Source: Psammoneis japonica (Eukaryota). Taken from it: a DNA stretch of 46,885 nucleotides. A model generated the notes under the pieces. That model was given only the letters and a program-made list of their open reading frames with translations. It searched no databases and was not told where the DNA came from. The translations under genes were made by a program, and so were the position numbers. Position 1 is the stretch's first letter, and each line of letters begins with the position of its first letter. Location of the stretch: contig QPGO01000352.1 in the NCBI GenBank assembly GCA_008632985.1, forward strand, positions 1 through 46,885, given 5' to 3'. This document shows, piece by piece, positions 12,414 through 21,869 of this stretch.

Positions 12414-13301
12414 GGCATCGTTTGGGATTGTTCAATGCGCAAAAGAGCAAGATGCAAGATTCAAGAAGAGTCCCAAAAGATGATTGGATGGAAAAAAGGG
12501 AAGGGATTGCAGCTCTGTTGATGGACAAAAGGAGGCTTGCGCAGCGCAGAGGATTTGTGAAAATGAGGTGGAGCAGCACATGTGCTCTCAACCACCAAAA
12601 GCACAAAACACGTGCATTCTGCTGCACTGCGCATTTGCAGACAAGCCCTGCACGCAGGGCCCCACACATGTTCCACACGCTGAAAGAGCAGCACGCACGT
12701 GCGCATGTCCTCCCACCCAATCGTGTGATTGCACAATGCATTTCATTCAACAACGTAGATGAAGCGAGCACTTTAAAAAAGAACACACATGAAAACTCAA
12801 ACTTCAATTGTGGAAAATCACACATTCAAAAGTGAGCCAATGAGAACCCAATTTTTGTTTGAGGAAAATTTTGTTTCAAATGGGAGGAAAGAACAATCTT
12901 CTTAACACAACAGGTCGACATGGTTGTCAATGTTCATTTCAGAACATTGATGCTTGATTGAAACAATGAAAAACACAGAAAAGAACAAAACTGAACACAA
13001 TTCAAAAACCGTGCAATGAGAACATGCAACCGTGACTTTGCAATTGTGTCAAACAGATTTGGCTCGTCCCGGACCATCCACAAGCACAAAAAGTGATCAG
13101 AAGTCGAAAACACAATGACAAATTCATTTCATCAGACACAGGTGTCGGTCGTCAGCCTTGATCTTACAAACACATCGAGGGCAGACACTTCAACAGAGGG
13201 AAACACAACCCCATCAAGGACAGATGTTGCAACAGCGGGAAACACAGGTGGGTGCATTTGAAATCACAGTGTGCGTTTGGAAGCTGACATTGTGATCTGA
13301 C

Positions 13302-16300
13302 ATGCAGTGGGAAGCTTCCACAACAAATCCAGGGGAAAAAATGACAGCACCCAATCGTCCATTGGATTGTCCAAGAGACTTTTTCCATCCGACGACAGGG
13401 GCCAACCCCGCAAGACCAGAGGATGCTGCTCTTTTGTGGTCATGCCGAAAGGCACGTCCACAACTTGGTGAGGTGGAGACGGTGCTGCCCAATGGCAAGA
13501 AGATGCTTCAAGAGGTGGCACAAATCCGGTCGTCCCTTCGAGGACACGTCATGACTCAATGCCTGGAGGGCTGTTGGAAAAATGCAATGGACAAGGGAGT
13601 GGCAATGCCATCAACAAACACCAATCCCGTCACAACAGAAGACTTCAAGAACATTCTGGCAAGCATGGACAACACAACCGAGAATCAGCAGCTCGTGCAT
13701 CAAGTTTTCCACGCCTTTCATCGCAACAGAGGATGGCTGGCTGCTGCCATTGACAAATGGTTTGCCGAAAAGCTCACGCTGCACGCCACGGACGCTTCCA
13801 GCAAACCTCGCAAAATGTGTCGCGATGACAGAGGCAGGTTTGCTGTGGTGGCACGCCAGACGCGTTCCAGCCCCAGGTGGGAGCTCGCAGCACTGACGTG
13901 TGACACAAATAATTTTTGTCATCCGTCGCATGTTTTGCACATGGAAATGGCATTTTAATTGCCGTGGCACGCAGAATTCTACGGGCCCAATGTCACATGG
14001 ATTCCCACCTGCGTCTGGAACGCGTCGTGTGACATTTAAAAAAAATTGTCCAGACTCGCTGTTTTGCGAAGCCCCAGACGTTTTGTGCAATGAATTTGCA
14101 GAAACAACAATGCGCCAGCCACATTCTTGAATGTCTGAAGAATGTAACTGGCTGAGTAAAAAATGATGTGCTTCAATCATGGGCGAGTTTGTGCGTTTGC
14201 AAAATTGCCTCATTTTTTGTTGGCGATCATTGGCATTTTAATTGCCGCATGATTTTACTGCGGAGCTCGCACGCAGAATTCTACGGGCCCAATGTCACAC
14301 GGATTCCCACCCACGTCTGGAACGCGTCGCCAAGCCAAATGTCAAATGATCAAAACATTTGTGGAGTTCATGCTGCAAAAAGCAGGCTGGTGTGTGGCAA
14401 ATGCAATGCACAAGAGCAACAAGGAGAATGTTGGAGGCAAAACACATGTGGCCGTTCCCGCTGCAACCAATGCAGAAACAACAACCAAAGCAAAGTTTTA
14501 CGTCGTGTCGATGAAACCAGTGGCGGCAAGTCAGTCGCACATTGTTTGTTTGTCCTTTTGTTGACAAACTTGTTTGGTTTGCAACTTCGTTCCCATTTCC
14601 AGTCCTTGACAGCAGGAGGAGAACACCGAAGCATCAAAACAAGTTGCTCAGGGAGCACCCAGCAAAGACATTGACATTGCATCCCTTGTGGACCTTGCGA
14701 AAACAGCAAGCATGTTGTCAGAACAAATGGGAGTTCCGCTGTCCAAGGAAGATTTGCTCCAGTCGATTCGTGGCTGCATGACAGTCACCAGCTCATCCCA
14801 AATGGTCAACGAAGAGATTGTGCTTGATCCGCAACATGAGTCCGAAACTCAGGTGTCAACACTGACCATGGACACCATGCTAAATTGCCCATCTGAACCT
14901 GCAGCAAAGCGGAAGTTAACCGAGAAGGAGAAGGAGGCAGAGCCAATTCCTTGTTGGGAATGCAATGATGAACTAGAACCCCTCACCATGGATTTGGATG
15001 TCATCAATGGTTGGAATTCCAGTGATGAAGAGTTGGCAGAAATGGCGTCACAGGTGACCACATGATTTGGTGGTCCAATTGCTGTGGTGTTGGATGGCTC
15101 TAACCAACTTCCGCTTTGATGCCTTGCTTGGCTTGTCAGACACAGTTGTCTGGGTCCCCTTGTTGCAGGATGGAACAAGAGCCCGGGAATGCTCCAGCGG
15201 CAAGAAAAATGTGTCATGTCATGCGGCTGAATTGCATGTCGCTCACGCCACCATTCTTCATGCAAAAGGTTGATGAGATGGACGAGCCAACTGGTGCAAA
15301 AGAAAAGGTGAGAGCATTGTCGGTGCTCCAGCTGTCGATTTGGACTGTTGCTCTAACAGCTCTTTGGCGTCATTGGGTTGCTGGATGCCACACCAAACCA
15401 TCCCAGACAGTTGAAACACTGGAGCGAGCACAAAAAAAACAAGCAAGTGAACAGAGTTCTGAGGCAGAGCGCGACACATGGATTGGATCAACCAATCACA
15501 CTGCTCCTGCTGTTCTTCATGACCAGGCAAATGAGGTGGTTGACAGTGGCAACAATGAAAAGGTGAGAGCATTGTCGGTGCTCCAGTTGCAAATGAAACA
15601 ATTGCTCCAACCACTTTGGGGCGTCATTGCTGGATGCCAGACTCAACCATCCCCAGTTGCTGAAATGCCAGAGAGAGCACCACAAAAGACGGCAAGATCA
15701 CATTGTCTTGCAGCCAATTGTGCAATTCATTGGACACGTCTCACACAGCCGTTGTTGTTTGCAATGAGAAAGGTTGAAGAGACAATGGCAAATGGCGCAA
15801 ATGAAAAGGTGAGAGCATTGTTGGTGCTCCGGATTGCCATTGAGAAGTTGATCTGATGGCATTCAATGTGTGTCATGATGGCACTTCTTTTGCAGACTCA
15901 ACCAGCCAACCACTCTAAACCGTTGTTTAATCCATTGTGAAATGAAGCGGTGAGAATGCATGATGAAGTCGTGCGGATTGTGCACAGTGTTTTGGAAACA
16001 CCTCTCACTTTGTTGTTTGTTTGCAACAAAGACAAAGACAGCAAATGACAAACGCGTGCACAAAACTGCAACACTTGTTGTGGCTCAAGCGGATCAAACA
16101 ACTGCTTGCAATTCGCAGGCACAGAGCAAACGTCATTGTTGATTTGGCATGCCTGTTGTTGTGTTGTCTTGTTCACGCACGCAAACCAATTGTGTTTGTT
16201 TGTTTGTGTTTGCAGTGCAAGTGCGAGGAGGCTCACTTGTTCCATGCCTTGGTCCATCAAGATGACGGAAAATGTTTTGCTCAAGCGCGCTTCAAAACCA

Positions 16301-16596
16301 ACCCACTGTTCCCTGCAAAGTGCTGTGGCGAAAAGTGTGATGTTGTTTTTGGATCAAGCAGTTACAAGGTTGGACAAAGAAAGGCAGTTTGGGTTTGCAT
16401 GAACGCATTGAATGGTTCTTGCAATTGCAGGTTTGCATTGTGTGTGCAGTGTTGTCAAAAGACCATGTCAGCTGCATCTGACAAACGGCGCCGAAGGACA
16501 ACCCGAAACAACAGACATGTTCCAGCCGCACGTGAACCAAATCGTGCACAAAAACGACATTTGCGCGATTTTTGCGCGGTCCCTGCTTGCGATTGA
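13302..16596 (+). pseudogene. Intron-rich gene with C-terminal Cys-rich zinc-finger-like domain, interrupted by a MITE
   Basis: Removing the MITE and one TSD restores ..VVARQAKCQMIKTF... Predicted introns include 14526-14612, 15054-15139, 15200-15268, 15443-15526, 15563-15640, 15692-15772 and 15809-15895. The last exon (from about 16216) encodes KCCGEKC..VWVCMNA..CNCRFALCVQC. Confidence 0.6.
13859..14328. mobile_element. MITE, TIR GACGCGTTCCAGnnnnAGGTGGGA, 4-bp TSD GCCA; carries an extra internal copy of its right end (about 13948-14026)
   Basis: TIRs at both ends; GCCA at 13855-13858 and 14329-14332; excision restores the surrounding reading frame; homologous to 35834-36229 in inverted orientation. 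Confidence 0.9.
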
Positions 16597-16907
16597 ACTT
16601 TCACCACCAAAAGCATGGATTCACACAAATGCAAATGTGTTGCAACACTGACAAGACTCGTGTGAGTGTTGCAACATCATTGTCATTGTGCCATCTGTGT
16701 TTTTCATTGCGCTTTAAAAGGTTCGCAACACAACGGATGATTTTCGGCGAAAACATTGCCGTCATTTGGATGTCACCCAAACACATCTTTCTACGATGCT
16801 GCTTGGCAGGTTTTCCACCTGCGAAAAAATCTCAGCACAAATCTGATGACGTGCGGCCAGCGTTGAGTCCACTGAGGAAGTTTGTGGTGCATGTCCCATG
16901 AGGATTT

Positions 16908-17357
16908 GTGCAACACACAGCTGCCAACAAGAGTCAATGCATCACGGCGACGTGTTGCAGCCTTTAAATGTCACAAAGGGCGTGACAAAAATGACCTTTT
17001 GTCTGCATGCATGCTGCACTGTGAATTCACAGCGGAGTGGTTCAATGCGCAACCATTGGGCAGGAGGCCAGGGGTTCGAAACCCTGAGTGGGAGTTGTCT
17101 GCAGCAACGTTGATCACTGTCGAACGCGCAAAACTCTGTGCAGTTCTGTGTGTTCCTTCGCACGCACCCACACTGTTCCGCCAAAACCGTGCAGTGTCAG
17201 CACACGTTAGTAAAGAGCCGCATGGACGCGTGACACATGGGGAGGAGTGCAACACACAGCTGCCAACAAGAGCCAATGTGTCACGGCGACGTGTTGCAGC
17301 CTTTAAATGTCACAAAGGGCGTGACAAAAATGACCTTTTGTCTGCATGCATGCTGCA
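16908..17357. repeat. Two 111-bp direct repeats (16908-17018, 17247-17357) with an internal TGTCAC..GTGACA hairpin
   Basis: Near-identical copies; a third, partial copy lies at 36508-36589. Confidence 0.9.
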
Positions 17358-17669
17358 TTTGAACACCCCTCAAAAAACCATTTAAATGTTCACACTCCAG
17401 AAGCCCACAAAAGTCAATCCGTCTGAGCATTTTTGTCAAAATGCTTTGTGCACTAAAATGTGCACAAATTATGTTCAAAATCCGATTGTCGTTTTGTGCG
17501 TCACCTGGGACTGGAACACGTCAACAACAACAAATGACAAGGCAATGCAACACATGCACACGATGCAACAATGTGCAATTGCTTGGGATTGATTTCACCG
17601 GCACAGTCAGGGTTCGGCGGATGTGTTTGTTGACAGAGTCAATCGAAGCGCAGCTTCGCAAATGTGACA

Positions 17670-18090
17670 GTTGTTCAGAGCATCAGCAAATTTGTTCAGA
17701 GTTGTGATCTGTTCAAATGGAGAGGCTGTCGTCATCCGTTGTTTGTTCAGAGCTTTGCTCTAGTTAAATGTCCGTTGTTTGTTCAGAGCTTTGCTCTGAT
17801 TAAATGGAGATTCCACGGGCATCCAAACATTGTTCAGAGTCGTGCTCTGATTGAATGGACACAATCACAGCAGCGCTCTGAACATCAGCACAATGCTCCA
17901 ATTTGCAAATTGTGCTCTGAATGCAATGCTCCAAGCAAAATTCTGTGGCTCCGAACAACCAAATTTACTCTGATTGTGCTCTGCGTGGGCATTGTCACCT
18001 TAATTGACTCTCATTTGCTCTGAATGTCCCACATTGTGTCGGGATGATTTAAACAAAGCGTTGCTCAGAATAAAATGTTCGGAGCACAAA
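17670..18090. repeat. Array of TGTTCAGAGC / GCTCTGAACA-like motifs in both orientations
   Basis: TGTTCAGAG near 17672, 17693, 17745, 17780 and 17831. Reverse-orientation GCTCTGA near 17793, 17844, 17875, 17914 and 18017. Confidence 0.75.
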
Positions 18091-19296
18091 TGAAGAGAAT
18101 CTCATTTGCAGTGACAAGCAGATCATTTGAGCATCGCGCATCGCGCGTCCCCCCAAGTCCACAAAACAACATGGCGCTTGGCGCTTGTCCTTCACAATTT
18201 CTTCTTTCTTGCGAAGCATCATGCCTTTCACCGGCATGCGATCTGTTGCTGGACACATTGGAAGGCTCGTCGTTTCCATTTCGTGGCTAAAATCGGCAGC
18301 AGCAACTGCTCACAGTGACTCTTGCAACACTGAGCCACCCCAGTTCATGATTCTGGGGGTGTCAGGAACATTGCAGGATGGATTTCCTCTCCGAGATCGG
18401 CTTGATTTCCAGTTGGGCGAATCAGACGAGTCTAGAGCTGTCTTCATTGGAAAAGGACTCATTTGAGGGCAAGCACATCATGCACACACCTCAACATGTC
18501 CAGGCACGAAGCATTTTTCGTGCCTTGCCCACTCTGACTCTGGCGCCTGCTTCCACTCTATTCTTCTCCAAGGCACAAAGCCTGCCTTGACATCCAAGAG
18601 GAAGGGTGGAGAGAGTGCGTGCCAGAACCAGACAAGCCGAGTGCCAACCATGTCGTCCTTCCTTCAGGATGCCACGAACATGCCAACATTCATTGGTTTT
18701 ATGCCGTTGACACCCGCCAGGTGCGCAGACAAAAATGAGCTTCAGCAAACATGATCACGGATCTTCACACAGAGATGCTTCAGTTTCCCTCCAACCTCTA
18801 ACTCACCAAATTTTGAAAGGTTTTGTCCATTTTGAACAACGAGCCTCGATTTTTGAGCATGTCACCAGACACCGGTCTGGTTGATCTCACTTCTGCGGAG
18901 ACGAGCGAAGTGTTGAGACACTTTGCCAGGTACAAAAACCAGCGTCAAGGCACAACCGACACTGCCTCCGTTGCAATGCCGCCAGTGACGGGTGTGTGGT
19001 GTCATCCTGATCATGTGCCAAGCCCTCTGGCACATGCAAAGGATGATGAAACGCAGGTTGCAAGTTTCGAAACAAGCATTGTGCTCTGGGCTCATGCTGG
19101 CAGCAAGGATTCGCACAAAGACAAATGCAGTCATTCCAATGATGCCACTTGCGCTGGACACGATTCCGATGAACTAAGTGTGCCATCTGACAATGATTGG
19201 GAACATGTGCACCGTGCAGTGAGAAGAGCGGAAAATGGCATTCGGTCACAACAGACACTCCTGGCAAATGGACCACCTTTTCATTGCTCCGAAACA

Positions 19297-19840
19297 ACAA
19301 GACTGGGGGTCGGGCCATCTGCAGCAAGAGTCAACAAACCATTCACAGCAGCTGAGCTCAAATCCATTCTGAAGGCCACGAAGAATTGGCAAAGTGTGGA
19401 AAGGAATGAATCAACCACCCATTTCAGTTGAGGTGACGTTGCAGCAATTGCTGAGTGTGGATCTTCCGGTGTCGCATTCGCCGCTCTTTGCTGTGTCCAC
19501 AACAACGGGACTTTTTGGACAACAAGGCCCCGAATCAAATCGCAAGCATGCTGGCCAATGTCTGAGCCGTCTCGCGCCACCAGTCCGGGAGCGCTGCAAT
19601 CCCAGAGACAGATTTCATGCTCAAAGTAAACTGAGGTGTTCTTCGGGCAGATGACTGAGTCGTCGTGCACTGCTGCCACAATTGAACGACAAGCAGGAGG
19701 AGTGGGAAAAGCTCCAGGCCCACTTTGTTCTCATGTTCCTGACACAGTGACGATTTCTACAAGACTGGGGGTCTGGCCATCTGCGGCAAGAGTCAACAAA
19801 CCATTCACAGCTGCCGAGCTCAAGTCCATTCTAAATGCCA
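19297..19840. repeat. About 80-bp direct repeat (19297-19378, 19759-19840)
   Basis: ACAAGACTGGGGGTC..AGAGTCAACAAACCATTCACAGC..GAGCTCAA.TCCATTCT present twice. Confidence 0.9.
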
Positions 19841-20499
19841 TGGAGAGACGAAAGTGCACCTGACTCCAATGTCGAGAGCGACGAGACGAACGAGAACGAG
19901 AATGACACAGACAATGAAGAAGAAGAGGGCGGCGACATGTAAAAGAGTGCTGGTGTAGCTGGTTTGGAAGCCGTCGCCTTGGCAGCATCAAAGTTGAAAT
20001 GGTCTGTCGTCAAGACGGATGATGACGACGACGCTGGTGCAGGTCAGATGGAAAGCTTGGGTCAAACAGACCCCTTCAGCACCGATGCACCTCAAAGACA
20101 GGGAGAAGGAGGAACTGGTGCTGCACCGCCAGCGTGAGTTTTCTCATGCGATGCATTTGACTTGGCATGATTGAATTGAAAAGTTTTCCCACTGACTTGT
20201 CGTGCACTCACTGTTCTCAATGCCTTGCCTTGGCGCACAAGCAGTCGCTCAGCAAATGGCGGTTCAGGCTGCAGCAAACACAGCCACTGCAGAAGCTACA
20301 ACAGCTGCGGCTGCAGCCGGAGGGGCGACGGCCACTGGCTCAGGGGTTGGAACAGGTGCCATCGTGGCGTCTGTGGTTGCTGCCACAGCTGTTGTTGCCG
20401 CCCCCTGTCACATCTGGGGTGGTTCTGACTGAAAACAGAAAGAGTGCAGCGGCCACTGCCGCTCCGGAAGGCTTACAGTGCGACGTAATCGAACGCATC

Positions 20500-20660
20500 A
20501 CCAGGGCTGCGTGTGTCAAGGTTTTGCCTCTACACATTTTAAACAAAAAGGATCCAATCATTGTTGGTCTTAAAGTTACGGAAGGGAACCTGTCAGTTAT
20601 CGGACTGACATTGTTGTTCGTAGCGCTGTGTAGACTGTGTATGGAAACTCGAGTCATTAT
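20500..20660 (+). pseudogene. Short degenerate fragment resembling eIF5B domain IV
   Basis: ACVKVLPLHILNKKDPIIVGLKVTEGNLSV resembles the eIF5B segment PCVLKILPxxxFNKKDPIxxGVxVxEG. No other eIF5B parts nearby. Confidence 0.55.
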
Positions 20661-21138
20661 GACCGCGATGATTTTGGCGGTTGTGTAGAAGCTACGTGGG
20701 AACTTGGTACACGGTTGGGAACCAATATTTGAATTTTGTCTCATTCCAACCGTCGGAACCAGCGCAGTCGATTTTTGACAAATTCGGCCGATTCCCGACG
20801 TAGAGCCACGTAGGTATATACCAGTGTTCCGGGAACCGGCCGTCGCGTTCCCGGAGTGAGCGATACACATGATATGGCACTGGAGGGTCATTTCTGACTC
20901 GTAGAAATCTACATGTTGTCTGGTATTGAAATTCAAAAAGTGCTCTCGACCCAACGGTGGTTCCTGCACATGCTGGCTACGACAATGTTGTGTAGGTCTC
21001 TGGTATGTGACGTCGCAGAGTTCAATCGTGTTTGAATGCCACAAACCGATACTGACTGTGAAAAAGCATACATAAATAAATAAACATATAAACAGAACCG
21101 CCTAATTAAAATAAATATACATCTATATGTATGTACAA

Positions 21139-21154
21139 TATATATATATATATA
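21139..21154. repeat. (TA)8 microsatellite in an AT-rich island
   Basis: Directly visible. Confidence 0.95.
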
Positions 21155-21322
21155 AAGCAAACCCACGAAACGACACCGCGATCGAGAGGCCGTCACCGTC
21201 GACCATGGCGTCTTCCAGCGGTCCTATACGAAGAATACATCACCAGGATCACTCAATAGAGATCCATGTTAATGTATTTTGTTGGTCTCTGTGTTGCGTC
21301 AGTCCTCTAACTGACAGGTTCC

Positions 21323-21558
21323 TGTGGAAACCGGTCAGTCACGTGGACGCGTCCTCACCTTTGGGTGCGCTTCGGCATCGGGGACCTCCGCCTCAGCGCC
21401 CCCTCAGGTTCGGCCGCTCCGGCCTCTGTGGAATTTGTACGGGAGAACCGGCACTCAGCCTGCCGGCTTTGTGACCGGTTCCGATGACCTCAGCTGACGC
21501 TTCGGTCATTCCCGCACAAATTCCGCGTCGGCTGGCCAGTGACTGAACGGTTTCCACA
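21323..21558. repeat. 236-bp foldback unit bounded by 20-bp TIRs (TGT...ACA)
   Basis: TGTGGAAACCGGTCAGTCAC versus GTGACTGAACGGTTTCCACA (19/20). A nested inverted pair (GTGGAATTTGTACGGGA / TCCCGCACAAATTCCGC) lies inside. No TSD found. Confidence 0.65.
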
Positions 21559-21595
21559 CATGTTCTCAAAGTCGGTGCTAACGTTGTGTCTCCCA

Positions 21596-21757
21596 TGCAA
21601 GGTCTAACAAGACAAAGACTTCAGTGACAACAAAATTGTGAGCAAAAGACCGAGGTAACGAGGGTCGCTTTCAGCGAAGCCCGTCACAACGGCTTCCGTC
21701 ACATCTGGCAGGTTCATTGACACCACACATCAGAAAAACAAGGTGCGAGACACTGCA
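21596..21757 (-). repeat. 3' LTR (162 bp)
   Basis: TGCAAGG...CACTGCA; aligns without gaps to 26774-26935. Confidence 0.95.
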
Positions 21758-21770
21758 CTCTTCCCTTCCA
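21758..21770 (-). other. Polypurine tract
   Basis: Minus strand TGGAAGGGAAGAG immediately before the 3' LTR. Confidence 0.85.
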
Positions 21771-21869
21771 TGATTCGAGTGTCGAGAATCATGCGGAACT
21801 CAAAAAATTTAAATTCCAATGGATGAGGATAGAAGGGAAACCCAAATGTTGGGGAGAAAACCCTCAACC

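Larger units (their letters stand above)
1..18090. mobile_element. Putative large cargo-carrying DNA transposon (Plavaka/CMC-EnSpm-like); left end outside window, right end uncertain
   Basis: Transposase-like relic at 1-2145 is followed by several large degenerate genes, all uniformly TpA-depleted. The run ends in an array of short direct/inverted motifs (17670-18090) resembling subterminal repeats. No TIR/TSD pair is visible, so a single element is inferred, not shown. Confidence 0.45.
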
